Assembly: GCA_016928835.1 (NCBI GenBank)
Contig: JAFGJW010000006.1
Location: forward strand, 180,191-244,190
Length of the DNA: 64,000 nt
Direction of reading: 5' to 3'
Source of the DNA: Candidatus Woesearchaeota archaeon
GTDB taxonomy: Archaea > Nanobdellota > Nanobdellia > Woesearchaeales > GW2011-AR15
The translations under genes were made by a program, and so were the position numbers. How positions within the stretch are numbered: position 1 is the first letter of the stretch; each line of letters opens with the position of its first letter. A model generated the notes under the pieces. The model was not told the origin of the DNA, ran no database searches, and saw only the letters and a program-made list of their open reading frames with translations. Shown in pieces: positions 26,925 to 36,641 of the stretch.

Positions 26925-28634
26925 ATGGAAGCGAGGGAAGATTTTTTTTCATGGCCAGACCTATATTCCTGTTTTGATGAATTTCCTGTTTACGAAAGCA
27001 TAATAGGGGAATGCCGGGACTTGGAAAGGCATTTGAATGATCTTGTTAAACAATACTGGGAAGATAAATCCAAAAAATCTCAGGTTCTTAATGATTTAGT
27101 TGAGATATATTTTAGGCATTTTGAGCATCTCAGGACAGAGCCAAATTATCTCACTCGAGAGAATTTATCAAAGCTTCTGAGAGCAGTAATAGAAGAATAC
27201 GGCACATCTTCTCGAGACGTCTCTTTGCCAGAATCAGGAGAGCATGACGGTAATCTGAGAATTTATTCTGTCGTGCATCCATTAGTAGTTGCTTTCTATA
27301 GTAGCGGGTCGTGGGTAGCACAGTCCTCAAAATGTTTGGAAAATGCTTTAGTCGCAGGATTATTGCATGATATTCCAGAAGACAGACTCAAGAGACACAG
27401 GGAATCTCATAGATTTTCATTTCAATCGCTTGAATGGATTGTAGAAGATGTTCTGGACATAGTTGAGGACAATATGGGCGAGGAAATGGGTGAGAGCAGA
27501 AGAGCAACAATTGCATCACTAAAAGAATCACTGATAGATTTGTCCCGAGTTTCAAAGGAAGAATATGACCACCACATAACAAGACTTTTTTTTGATAAAA
27601 GGTTGTCTTTTTTTTGGATTGATGAGCTGGAGTTTGGACCGATAAGTGTGCCATCTCCTTTGAGGATATTAAGGATACCAAAAAGAAGAGCTTGGCTTTT
27701 CGGCGAAAGAGCAGTAGATGAACTGGAGAGTTCTGGATTTGGCAGATTGCTTTCTCCATTCATTCGGTATTCTCTTAATCCAGAGAGCGTACTTATCCCA
27801 AATCTAATGGTCAAGTTAGGTGACCGGTTGCATAATGTGCTTTCAATGGGCGTTTTAGACTCAAATGAATTAAATGGGGCTGCAAACAATACCAGAGGCT
27901 TTGGCTATGGGAAGAGAATGGAGGTTATACTAAAAAACATGTACTTAATTGATGCCACTGCTAATTTTTTCAATTATTTAATGCTGCAAAATGAGGGCTT
28001 GCTTCCTATCAGATATGGCGGACCATTTAAATTATTTTGTCACTTGCATCATGCCACTCTGGGAGCAATAACAGAGATGATAGACTCTGTATGTGCTAGT
28101 TATTCAGAAGAAAGTGAAGAAAGAAGAGAATTTGAGCTGATTGACACAGCTCTAACAGAATATAAACAGGCAGGAGGATTGGCCAAGGCAACCCGTGGTA
28201 AAAGAGAGTTTGATTGGTATTTAAGGAATTGGACATCAAGAGCAGGAGTTGTGGAAAGGAGAAGAGGGCCCGGCCCTGTTGATCCTGAAATCTTTGACGG
28301 CACAATAGAAGCAATAAGAGCCAAGGTAGATAAACTGTTCAGAGGAGAGCTGTATGGTGGGTTGAATGAACCAGATAAGCTATACAAACTATATACGCAT
28401 TTAATTGCCATGAGGGAGTGCCTAATAGGTTATTTTGGCGATTATACGGAATCACCATTAGTTGCTGAAAAAAGATTAATAAAATTCAGGCACATAGAGG
28501 GGTTTGCAGACCTCCCCGCACCACACCTAATTAGAGAAACATTGGAACCAAGGTATGGAATAGTACGGACTTTTAGGAGAGAGGGCCTACTTGCTGCATT
28601 AAGATATGCAATGCCAAAAAGGCGTGCAGCCTAA
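26925..28634 (+). CDS. Large HD-domain protein with a RelA/SpoT-hydrolase (HD_4)-like signature
   Basis: The motif order is as in Rel/SpoT hydrolase domains: VVHPLVVAF (H118), AGLLHDIPED (H148, D149) and VKLGDRLHNVLSMG (D300). The HD-to-D spacing of 151 aa is much longer than canonical. About 250 further residues are unassigned. The gene is GC-richer and Arg-rich. Confidence 0.6.
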   Translation: MEAREDFFSWPDLYSCFDEFPVYESIIGECRDLERHLNDLVKQYWEDKSKKSQVLNDLVEIYFRHFEHLRTEPNYLTRENLSKLLRAVIEEYGTSSRDVSLPESGEHDGNLRIYSVVHPLVVAFYSSGSWVAQSSKCLENALVAGLLHDIPEDRLKRHRESHRFSFQSLEWIVEDVLDIVEDNMGEEMGESRRATIASLKESLIDLSRVSKEEYDHHITRLFFDKRLSFFWIDELEFGPISVPSPLRILRIPKRRAWLFGERAVDELESSGFGRLLSPFIRYSLNPESVLIPNLMVKLGDRLHNVLSMGVLDSNELNGAANNTRGFGYGKRMEVILKNMYLIDATANFFNYLMLQNEGLLPIRYGGPFKLFCHLHHATLGAITEMIDSVCASYSEESEERREFELIDTALTEYKQAGGLAKATRGKREFDWYLRNWTSRAGVVERRRGPGPVDPEIFDGTIEAIRAKVDKLFRGELYGGLNEPDKLYKLYTHLIAMRECLIGYFGDYTESPLVAEKRLIKFRHIEGFADLPAPHLIRETLEPRYGIVRTFRREGLLAALRYAMPKRRAA

Positions 28635-28801
28635 ACCAAATAGTTTAATCGTTAATAAACTTAACATTTAAATATAATGAAAACCTACCATACAAAATGC
28701 AAGAAAGGCACATTACTTTGTTACTGCATTACCTTATTTAGATTCAACACTATTTTCTCGCCTTCTGTTTACGTGCATCATATGAAGGCAGAGAGAGCTA
28801 T

Positions 28802-30931
28802 GTGAAGAAAATGGAAAAGGAGAGATGTTTTTGGGAGAGAGCAACTAATTTGGAAGAAAGATTAGTATCAATTAGAGAGGAAAGTGATATGGCTGCCATG
28901 CAATTATGTGATGGAAAACCTACACTGGAAGAGATTCAAGTAGTTAAAGGATTACAAATGGAACAGATATTAGATTCTGAAATTCTAGATTTTTATGAGA
29001 AATTATACTTTATTCAAAATATTTGTTCCGAGGAAAATTGGGAAGTGCAGGTTAAATCATTATTGGATAGATTGTCTCCAGGCGAATTAATTTTTGAATT
29101 AATGAAATTAGATGTTGTTCGTGTCGGAAGAGAAATGCATAGAGACTTAGATTTTAGTATAGCATTCAATGACCCTAGGTTTAAACTATATGAGGTCTAC
29201 CTCTTAGGAGACCTATCTAATTCAGTTTTTTGGCAGAAGGTTAATCACCTTGCTGAAGAAACAATGATGCAACGATATCAGGAAGGCCTAGCTCAATTCA
29301 ATTTTCTTCTACGCAATCTTCACCAAAGAACAGTCCCTATCCTGGTTGGAAAACCGCTTGTTGCAGCTGTTACAAGAGACGAATTGGACTATGTTGCTGC
29401 AGTAACTGATCTGATGCATTCCAATCGAACAAAATCCGGCTTTGATCGGTTTGATAAAAGATTAAAAGAGCAACTACATGAAGCACGAAGCGCCATTATT
29501 GCCGAATCCCAAAGCAAAAGCAAAACAAGAATTCCGCAATATCTCATGAAACTTAGAGAAAGAACTGTTACTGCACTTGTATTAGATTTTCCGGGCAACA
29601 CCGGAAAAGGGGAGATGGAAAGAGAAAGACCAATTTATGTTGCAGCAAGGGCAAAGACTTTACGCAGCGCCAGAGCCAAATGGGCTATTGCAGCATTAAC
29701 CTTTCTTGGTTTTTATTCTCCTGGAAGATATGATGTCTTATTAAGACAAATGCCTTATGTTGCTAAGACAATTCTTGAGGAATCATTAAAAAAGACAACT
29801 AGTGTTAGATTCCAACATGAACAAGCCTTACTAAGATTTAAAGGAGAATATGAGAAGTATAAAGGACTTGGAACATGGGATGCATTAAGAAAAGAAGGCT
29901 CTGATTTAAGCATAGCACATTTGACAGCCTTATGGAATATATTACCACAAAGCCTACGTTCAAGGATAATAGAGAGGATCAATCGAAGCTCAGAATTGCT
30001 TCCAAAAGAAGTATTAGAATCTGTTGGAAAATGGAACATAAAACAGGACCTTATTAATGTCGTCAATGATTGGTTCGGTATTACATTCATATATAACCAG
30101 AGAGGACAACAATTGGTCCACGCTTCTGACAAATTAATTGCATCATTTCTCGATAACCCGATAATTGCCTTTAATAGAGGTATCGAAGCAGAATTAATCG
30201 AGAAAGCAACAGGATATTCTGCAACTCATTTCCAATTACAAGTAAGAGGGAGTCCAAGAACATCATTTGGTGTAGATGCACATGTGATGGATTCTGAAAA
30301 ATTTGCTGGACAATTCTGCTTTGGAAGTTATGCTCATTATTTATATCACACTCAAAGAAGAGCGAGGATTTTAGAATGGGTTGGTGAGGAAGATTATCTA
30401 AATCAGTTTGAGGAAAGGTTAGGTTTACAAACAGCTGAAAAAGGTTTGATAGTATGTTTAAAAAGGATTTTTCCTGAATACCAGGAGATGATTAGAAGAT
30501 TATATCATAAAGGAGAAAGAGGATATGGTGGGAGACCACGAACAGAAGATGAAGATGATGCAAGTGTTTTAGAACGGATATTTGGAGGCAAGCACCCACC
30601 TGACTGGTTCCCCCCGTCAAAATTTAGGAGAGGTGAAATAATCGAGTCCTTGAGTCCCGGATCACCATCAAGATATTTTTTTATTGGCTACACTCCAACA
30701 GCAGACGGAGCAGGAGCTATGTATGGATTAACACCACTCCAGTTTAATACAGATGGTTCAATAAAACAGGAGATTATTTACGTAGATCCTGCCAAAGTTG
30801 AAGACCCCGCAAGATATAGAAGAGTAAGAAATACAAGTATTAATGGAGCCAATTTTTACGAACTGCCACCCGCATCAGTGGGCAACCGTTGTCCAGAACT
30901 GTTACGGTATTGTGATAAAACAAAGACTTGA
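28802..30931 (+). CDS. Large protein with a diverged RelA/SpoT-synthetase-like (nucleotidyltransferase) core
   Basis: GTG at 28802 (ATG at 28811 is also possible). Motifs are ARAKTLRSARAKW (R.K...S...K), NDWFGITFIY (compare DxxGxRxx), ATGYSATHFQLQV (compare GYxSxH) and VDAHVMD...YAHYLYH in place of EIQIRT...EH..YK. The gene is GC-richer. Confidence 0.45.
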   Translation: MKKMEKERCFWERATNLEERLVSIREESDMAAMQLCDGKPTLEEIQVVKGLQMEQILDSEILDFYEKLYFIQNICSEENWEVQVKSLLDRLSPGELIFELMKLDVVRVGREMHRDLDFSIAFNDPRFKLYEVYLLGDLSNSVFWQKVNHLAEETMMQRYQEGLAQFNFLLRNLHQRTVPILVGKPLVAAVTRDELDYVAAVTDLMHSNRTKSGFDRFDKRLKEQLHEARSAIIAESQSKSKTRIPQYLMKLRERTVTALVLDFPGNTGKGEMERERPIYVAARAKTLRSARAKWAIAALTFLGFYSPGRYDVLLRQMPYVAKTILEESLKKTTSVRFQHEQALLRFKGEYEKYKGLGTWDALRKEGSDLSIAHLTALWNILPQSLRSRIIERINRSSELLPKEVLESVGKWNIKQDLINVVNDWFGITFIYNQRGQQLVHASDKLIASFLDNPIIAFNRGIEAELIEKATGYSATHFQLQVRGSPRTSFGVDAHVMDSEKFAGQFCFGSYAHYLYHTQRRARILEWVGEEDYLNQFEERLGLQTAEKGLIVCLKRIFPEYQEMIRRLYHKGERGYGGRPRTEDEDDASVLERIFGGKHPPDWFPPSKFRRGEIIESLSPGSPSRYFFIGYTPTADGAGAMYGLTPLQFNTDGSIKQEIIYVDPAKVEDPARYRRVRNTSINGANFYELPPASVGNRCPELLRYCDKTKT

Positions 30932-30951
30932 TAGGTCTTCACCCCCCAATC

Positions 30952-31407
30952 CTAAATTCTCCTCTCTTTTGGCACATAATTCAGCAATTTCCCTCTTACT
31001 AGTTTGCCGCATCCCAATATGTCTTCTTCATATTTAATTATTGCAAAACCTTCAAGCTCAGAGTCTATTTCAAAGTCTTGGCCAGACATCCACTGTTTCG
31101 CCTGTTTCTTATTTAAATTAAGGATATTTTTATCAGCTGTTTCTGCAACAAACTGGGCCCCTTCTACACTTAGTCTTAGCTCTCTGTTTTTTATCTCTCC
31201 AAAATAAAGACCTAGGCTGTTTATTCTCAGTTTTCTGAAATCCAATCTATCAACATCCCTATTAATAATAAAGAGTTTGTTTTTTGGATTTGCAAAGACA
31301 ACATAATCTGTCAAATCAAAATCAGAGCCCCATTGTTTTTTAATTAAACCATTTATTTGTTTAATTCTTTTCTTATCCAGGATTGTCAGTCTACTCATTT
31401 TAAACAA
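30952..31407 (-). CDS. NIP7-like pre-PUA/PUA domain protein
   Basis: The architecture and the C-terminus FAIIKYEEDILGCGKLVRGKLLNYVPKERR are typical of archaeal NIP7/UPF0113 homologues. Confidence 0.6.
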   Translation of the reverse strand: MFKMSRLTILDKKRIKQINGLIKKQWGSDFDLTDYVVFANPKNKLFIINRDVDRLDFRKLRINSLGLYFGEIKNRELRLSVEGAQFVAETADKNILNLNKKQAKQWMSGQDFEIDSELEGFAIIKYEEDILGCGKLVRGKLLNYVPKERRI

Positions 31408-31431
31408 AGATTTAAAAATATATATAACTAT

Positions 31432-32034
31432 ATGAAAGCTATGAGAAAGATACTTTCTATTTTAATGTTTCTCATATGCTCTAGCACTATTTTTGCTTCA
31501 AATATAGAGCAAGCCACTATTAAGATAAGTGTTATTAATGAAGTTCCGCAGATTATTGATGTTTCCTTATCACCTTCAGAAGCCTATACAGATTCTATTT
31601 TAAACTGTAGTGTAAAAATCAAGGATGAGTTTCCTCAGGATGCGGTAGTTCATTTTAGATGGTATAAAAATAATATATTACTGTCTCAATCTGACAACTC
31701 CCTTAGAGGTTTTAGTGAAGGAGATAATATTAAATGTGTTGCCGTACCTGAAGACAGCGCACATCAGTTCGGAGAACCTCAAGAGGCAATTGTTGTGATT
31801 CAAAAAACTCCAATGAAAGCACAATTGTTTATGCCAGTAATAAGTCTCCTTGGAAGTGAGACAAGTACTGAAAAAATCATGAGTCAGAATCCAATGCAGT
31901 TAGTAACAGGAATGGTTGTCGGTGCAAATACGGGCAGCCAGAGTCTTGTTCTCATGCTATTGATTTTTATTTTAATAATTGTAAATATTAATTTACTGGC
32001 CAGATTATGGCCTAAGAAAGAAAGAATTGTGTAA
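31432..32034 (+). CDS. Secreted, C-terminally anchored surface protein
   Basis: ATG at 31432. Signal peptide MKAMRKILSILMFLICSSTIFA, a beta-rich middle region, and a C-terminal TM helix LVLMLLIFILIIVNINLL. Confidence 0.5.
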   Translation: MKAMRKILSILMFLICSSTIFASNIEQATIKISVINEVPQIIDVSLSPSEAYTDSILNCSVKIKDEFPQDAVVHFRWYKNNILLSQSDNSLRGFSEGDNIKCVAVPEDSAHQFGEPQEAIVVIQKTPMKAQLFMPVISLLGSETSTEKIMSQNPMQLVTGMVVGANTGSQSLVLMLLIFILIIVNINLLARLWPKKERIV

Positions 32035-32038
32035 CTAT

Positions 32039-33796
32039 TTAAATCCCCCAAACAGGATTTATGGTACGCATTATTTCTGCTATTTCTTTAAGGACTTCTA
32101 TCTCGCCTTGCGTCAAATATTTGGTTAGTTTTTTTATTCTCCTAAAATGCTCCTCTGGGATTATACTATACAAAATATCCCCTTCATCAACTTGTCTCCC
32201 TACACAGCATCCTTCCAGCGCAATTGCAACCTGCTTTCCCTTTGTAACACTCTGCAGGTTCTCTTTTTCTTCTTGTATACTTTTTACTGTAGCTATTGTT
32301 CTTCCTTCTTTCATCACATGTGTCCCAACTTTTATCTTGCCTTCAATAATATCCATCCCCACAATGGCAGGATTGCTCTGCCTGAAAACATAATTTGGTA
32401 TTATCTGCATTTTGCAGGGCCTAATCAATTTGTCCAATTGTCTAGCCTCAATTAGTTTCTGCTGCTGCTCTTTCCATTGCTCATATTCCTCAATTATCTT
32501 GTATATAATATCATGTGTTATTATCTTAACTCTTTCTGAGCTTGACACATCCTGCTCTCTCTCAACATTAAAGCCTAGAATAACCGCCTGGATGGGATCC
32601 TTCTCATAATTTGCCTCAGCATCTGAGATGTCCTTTTTTGTGATTCTGCCTATTGTAGCTCTTCTAACTTTTATGTCTTTTTCTTTCAAGAGGAAGGTTA
32701 ACGCTTCTAGACTGCCAAGAGTGTCTGCTTTAATAATAATACCTGTTTTTTCTGTCTTGATTATTACCTCTTCAACCTCTTTTTGGATCTTTGTTTCTAT
32801 TTCCTCCTGATTATTAGAATTGAAGCTTTGAAGTGGCATGCCCGGAATCACATCATCAATGTCTGAGGCAGATATTTTTACACCTGTAGCAGCAGTAGCT
32901 TTCCCAACAGGGTTGAATTTTGATTTTTTATCACGGATTTCTGCCAAGGGTACTGGCTCGAACATCGCCCTTACCTTTGTGACAACTGGTTTTTCTATAC
33001 CTCCTATAATAATATTATCACCTGTCTGAAGCATGCCGTCATAAATAATCACATCAAGTGTTGTTCCCAGACCAATGGTCTCTTTGACTTCAAGCACAGT
33101 GCCTTTAGCTTCTCCTAGAGTTTGTATCTTGAGGTTATGTTCAAGATACTTCTGGGCCAGGCCTGAAAGCACCATTAAGAGCTCTGGAATCCCGTCGCCT
33201 GTTCTTGCTGATGTCGGCACAATTGCAATTTGCTTAGTATACTCCTCAATCCTGTCAAATCGCTCGCTCTGCATACCGTATTCTGAAAGCTTTCCCATGA
33301 TAACATAGAGCTTATTATTGATCTCTTCCTGTGTATATGGGTCCTGCTTTGAGATATTTTTCAGCAGTCTCTTGTCTTCTAACCTGTACCCAGGTACAAG
33401 GTCAATTTTGTTAGCTGCCAAAACAAAAGGGGTTTTATATTTTTTTAGGATCTCAACTGCCTCTATTGTCTGCGGCTTGAATCCTTCATTGATATCAACG
33501 ACCAGAATAGCAATATCTGCAATATTTCCGCCTCTTTTTCTCAAATTAGAAAATGCTGCATGACCCGGTGTATCAATGAATAGCAGTCCTGGAATAGTGA
33601 ATTTCATCTTATCAGAAATCAAACCTGAGCATATCTCTCTTATTGTCCTAATTGGGATTATGGATGCTCCAATTGCCTGGGTGATGCCCCCTGCCTCTCC
33701 CTGTTGAATAGCCGTACCCCTAATCTTGTCCAATATTTTGGTTTTTCCATGATCAACATGACCAATTACGACCACTATGGGCTGTCTTAATTCCAT
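32039..33796 (-). CDS. infB: Translation initiation factor aIF5B (IF-2 family GTPase)
   Basis: G1 motif VVVIGHVDHGKTKILDKIRGT, G3 motif FIDTPGHAAF and G4 motif ANKID. The length of 585 aa is typical of aIF5B. Confidence 0.9.
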   Translation of the reverse strand: MELRQPIVVVIGHVDHGKTKILDKIRGTAIQQGEAGGITQAIGASIIPIRTIREICSGLISDKMKFTIPGLLFIDTPGHAAFSNLRKRGGNIADIAILVVDINEGFKPQTIEAVEILKKYKTPFVLAANKIDLVPGYRLEDKRLLKNISKQDPYTQEEINNKLYVIMGKLSEYGMQSERFDRIEEYTKQIAIVPTSARTGDGIPELLMVLSGLAQKYLEHNLKIQTLGEAKGTVLEVKETIGLGTTLDVIIYDGMLQTGDNIIIGGIEKPVVTKVRAMFEPVPLAEIRDKKSKFNPVGKATAATGVKISASDIDDVIPGMPLQSFNSNNQEEIETKIQKEVEEVIIKTEKTGIIIKADTLGSLEALTFLLKEKDIKVRRATIGRITKKDISDAEANYEKDPIQAVILGFNVEREQDVSSSERVKIITHDIIYKIIEEYEQWKEQQQKLIEARQLDKLIRPCKMQIIPNYVFRQSNPAIVGMDIIEGKIKVGTHVMKEGRTIATVKSIQEEKENLQSVTKGKQVAIALEGCCVGRQVDEGDILYSIIPEEHFRRIKKLTKYLTQGEIEVLKEIAEIMRTINPVWGI

Positions 33797-33821
33797 AAGT
33801 CTTGGAAATAGAAAACTGTTT

Positions 33822-34571
33822 TTAAAAGTTATCCTTCATTTTTTCATAAACATAATCTGCTATCTGCTTCAGATTTATCACATCTTCCTCATTGTACTCC
33901 ACCAGTAGTTTTAGATAATGCTCCTCTCCAGAGCCTTTAAACATCCTCCATAAAAGGTAAGGGTCTCCACCATAAAGCCTCTCCACTATCGGATTCTGTC
34001 TTTTTATCCCTAATGATCTTTCTACTTCTTTCAAACCGCCTGTCAAACCAAGCTTTATGCAGGCGTGCTTCAAGTCAAAATGGGGTATATTTGGCAACAG
34101 AGCCTGATATCTTTTCCTAATAAACGGAATGTCAAAAGAGCTTCCATTAAAAGTAACAATAAGCCTATAATTCTTTAATTCCTTTTTCAATTTATTAAGG
34201 TCAAGATTAATGTCCCTAACCATTATTTTTGTTTCCATCCCATCATATAAACCAAACACAGTAATGAAAGAACTCATGCTAACACCAGATGTTTCTATAT
34301 CAAGAAAGACAGATTGGTCTTCGAAAAAATCATATAAACGCCATACCTCTGCCGTCGGCAGTATCTTAGTGAAATAAGAGGAATTACCATTAAACAATTC
34401 AGTTCTTGCTTCTTTGATTTTTCTATTATAATACGATTTGGCTTTGTTAGAAATGCCTTTGATTTTTTCTTGTTCAAGAAAGTCCTGCCAGTCGTTTATT
34501 CCTTGCTTCCTTATGTTAGCCTCTTGCTTGGGCCCAATTCTATCAAGAAAGATAAAACTTCTTCTAATCAT
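33822..34571 (-). CDS. RNase H-like (YprB-type) predicted exonuclease
   Basis: FLDIETSGVS...IVTFNGSSFDIPFIRKRY is the DEDD-like pattern of the RNase_H_2/YprB family. Confidence 0.6.
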   Translation of the reverse strand: MIRRSFIFLDRIGPKQEANIRKQGINDWQDFLEQEKIKGISNKAKSYYNRKIKEARTELFNGNSSYFTKILPTAEVWRLYDFFEDQSVFLDIETSGVSMSSFITVFGLYDGMETKIMVRDINLDLNKLKKELKNYRLIVTFNGSSFDIPFIRKRYQALLPNIPHFDLKHACIKLGLTGGLKEVERSLGIKRQNPIVERLYGGDPYLLWRMFKGSGEEHYLKLLVEYNEEDVINLKQIADYVYEKMKDNF

Positions 34572-34617
34572 TATTATTCAAATAAAAAGTTTATTTAAAA
34601 ATCATATGCAAGAATGT

Positions 34618-35208
34618 CTAGTGCGGCACACAGACAAACATTGAATGGATGTATATCCCAGACCTAAAAATCATAGATTTATTAATTTTAAATTCTTTTT
34701 TAATCAAACGTTCCTGCTCTTTAAAGGGCCTAATATATTTTCCTTGATCCATGCTATACATTAATCTTGCCAACAGATTGTATTTTGGAGTAATGAGGTC
34801 TACAATTATGATTTTTTCCTTTGTTACTCGCTTTGCCTCTTTAAATACTTTAATTATATTGCTCTCATCTGCATGATGAAGAAAACTAAGCATTAATGCA
34901 ATATCAAATTGTCTATTTTTAAATCCGGTGTTAGATGCATCTTGGACTATGAATTTTTTATTTTTATCATTATAAGTTTTAATTGCATATTCTATGTGGT
35001 TTTTGTCCAGGTCTATTCCAGTATATTTCCCTTTGACAAGTGTTGAAAATTGTCCAGTGCCACACGCTATATCTACAATATTTTTGTCTTCTGTATTTCC
35101 GAGTTCTCTTTTAATATTTTTCTTTACTGTTATGAACCAACCCTCAGGTATATTCCGAAGCACATTGCTAAATATCGGATTTGTGCAAAGTCTGTGGATA
35201 ATGTTCAT
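34618..35208 (-). CDS. Class I SAM-dependent methyltransferase
   Basis: ATG at 35208 (an ATGA overlap with the pspC-like stop). Motif I is IVDIACGTGQFS. Confidence 0.7.
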   Translation of the reverse strand: MNIIHRLCTNPIFSNVLRNIPEGWFITVKKNIKRELGNTEDKNIVDIACGTGQFSTLVKGKYTGIDLDKNHIEYAIKTYNDKNKKFIVQDASNTGFKNRQFDIALMLSFLHHADESNIIKVFKEAKRVTKEKIIIVDLITPKYNLLARLMYSMDQGKYIRPFKEQERLIKKEFKINKSMIFRSGIYIHSMFVCVPH

Positions 35209-35399
35209 TTTTCCGGAACGACTGCCCATGCAATCAAATACATTATAACGCCTGGTGCTAAACCTGTCAGTAATACAACCAGAACCCATAGTAATCTGAC
35301 TAGAACAGGATCAAGGTTAAAATAGCCAGCGAGTCCTGAGCACACTCCAGCAATTACTCTATTTTTTTTGTTCCTGTAGAATCTTCTCGCATTTGTCAT
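35205..35399 (-). CDS. PspC-domain membrane protein
   Basis: ATG at 35399. RFYRNKKNRVIAGVCSGLAGYFNLDPVLVRLLWVL is the PspC domain signature. Confidence 0.7.
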   Translation of the reverse strand: MTNARRFYRNKKNRVIAGVCSGLAGYFNLDPVLVRLLWVLVVLLTGLAPGVIMYLIAWAVVPEK

Positions 35400-35403
35400 T
35401 TTC

Positions 35404-36033
35404 TTACCCCCCATGTTTATTTGGAAACTTGCAGTATTTAATAATTTTGCACTTATGGCATAATGGTCTTCTTGGTTTACAAACATTTTGTCCATGCTTA
35501 ACAAATAATTCATTTATCATAATCCAATATTTCTTAGGGATAATCTTCATCAATTCAAATTCAGTTGCTTCCGGGTTTTTTGTTCTTACTAAACCAATCC
35601 TGTTGCTTAATCTATGAACATGTGTATCAACCGGAATTCCTGGTTTATTAAATGCCTGTGTAATAACTATATTGGCAGTCTTCCTGCCCACACCACTAAA
35701 TTTCAATAATTCTTCTATTGTATCCGGCACTTTAGAATTATATTCTTCAACTAATATCCTCGAGATTTCCTTAATTGTTTTTGTCTTATTATTGTAGAAA
35801 CCTGCAGGATAAATCGCTTTTTTTATCTGCTCGTCTGATAAGCTCAGCATTTCTTTAGGTGTTTCAGCTAAACTAAATAGTCTTCTTGATGCTTTGTATG
35901 TTACCTCATCTTTAGTTCTTAAACTTAATATACAGGATATAAAGATGTAGAATGGATCTCTTTTAACTGTGGTTGGGAAATGCCTCCCAGGATATTCTTT
36001 TTTCAGCGTCTCAATTATGTTATTAATGTGCAT
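35404..36033 (-). CDS. nth: Endonuclease III (HhH-GPD DNA glycosylase/AP lyase)
   Basis: HhH motif LLKFSGVGRKTANIV, the segment VDTHVHR, and the C-terminal 4Fe-4S cluster CKPRRPLCHKCKIIKYC. Confidence 0.9.
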   Translation of the reverse strand: MHINNIIETLKKEYPGRHFPTTVKRDPFYIFISCILSLRTKDEVTYKASRRLFSLAETPKEMLSLSDEQIKKAIYPAGFYNNKTKTIKEISRILVEEYNSKVPDTIEELLKFSGVGRKTANIVITQAFNKPGIPVDTHVHRLSNRIGLVRTKNPEATEFELMKIIPKKYWIMINELFVKHGQNVCKPRRPLCHKCKIIKYCKFPNKHGG

Positions 36034-36065
36034 TAGAGCAATTAAAAATGAGAGGACTTAAAAAA

Positions 36066-36641
36066 TTATTTGCGCTTCTTAATCAATTCAAATGCAGTGT
36101 TGATTTTATAAGGAACTTCATCCAACATAAAATGAATCAATATTTCTTCTATTCTGCAGATTGTTGTAGAGAAAGCCAAGAAATCAAGGACATGCCCTGC
36201 TAATTTCATTTTATTAAAGAGCAGCACAACTGTTGCACCGAGATGCAAAACCACGTGGTTAATTTTGCTTAGGGAAAGACTCATTGGAATTTTTTGGGTA
36301 TGTCCCCTATAGGTGAAAAGAATAACTCTTGTCAGAAGGTAAATTATAAAAATATAAATGAGCGTTATCTTATTAGTAAGGATAATTTCAGGTCGAATGA
36401 GCAAGATACTAAAAAACAGGCACAGATTCATTATCTCATCAGCAATTGCATCAAGTCTTGCCCCTTCTTTGCTTTCAACTATAATCAATCGTGCCATTTT
36501 ACCATCAAAATAATCTGAGAGAACTGCACAAACATAGAACACTAAGAAAAGGCTTAGATGCTCAAGATATGCTGGAATAATCATTAACAAAGACAAGACT
36601 ATTCTTGCATAAGTAATGTAAAATGGGAATTTTTTATTCAT
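36066..36641 (-). CDS. CDP-alcohol phosphatidyltransferase (archaetidyl head-group transferase-like)
   Basis: The signature D..DG..AR......G..LD...D is seen as SDYFDGKMARLIIVESKEGARLDAIADEI. The protein is polytopic. Confidence 0.75.
   Translation of the reverse strand: MNKKFPFYITYARIVLSLLMIIPAYLEHLSLFLVFYVCAVLSDYFDGKMARLIIVESKEGARLDAIADEIMNLCLFFSILLIRPEIILTNKITLIYIFIIYLLTRVILFTYRGHTQKIPMSLSLSKINHVVLHLGATVVLLFNKMKLAGHVLDFLAFSTTICRIEEILIHFMLDEVPYKINTAFELIKKRK

Noticed and set aside
28677-28805. A 42-codon upstream ORF (MKTYHTKCKKGTLLCYC...) ending in ATGTGA, which overlaps the GTG start of the 709-aa gene.
   Set aside because: It has no Shine-Dalgarno element and no recognisable motif, and it lies in an AT-rich spacer where such ORFs arise by chance. 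It is worth a look only if ribosome profiling exists.
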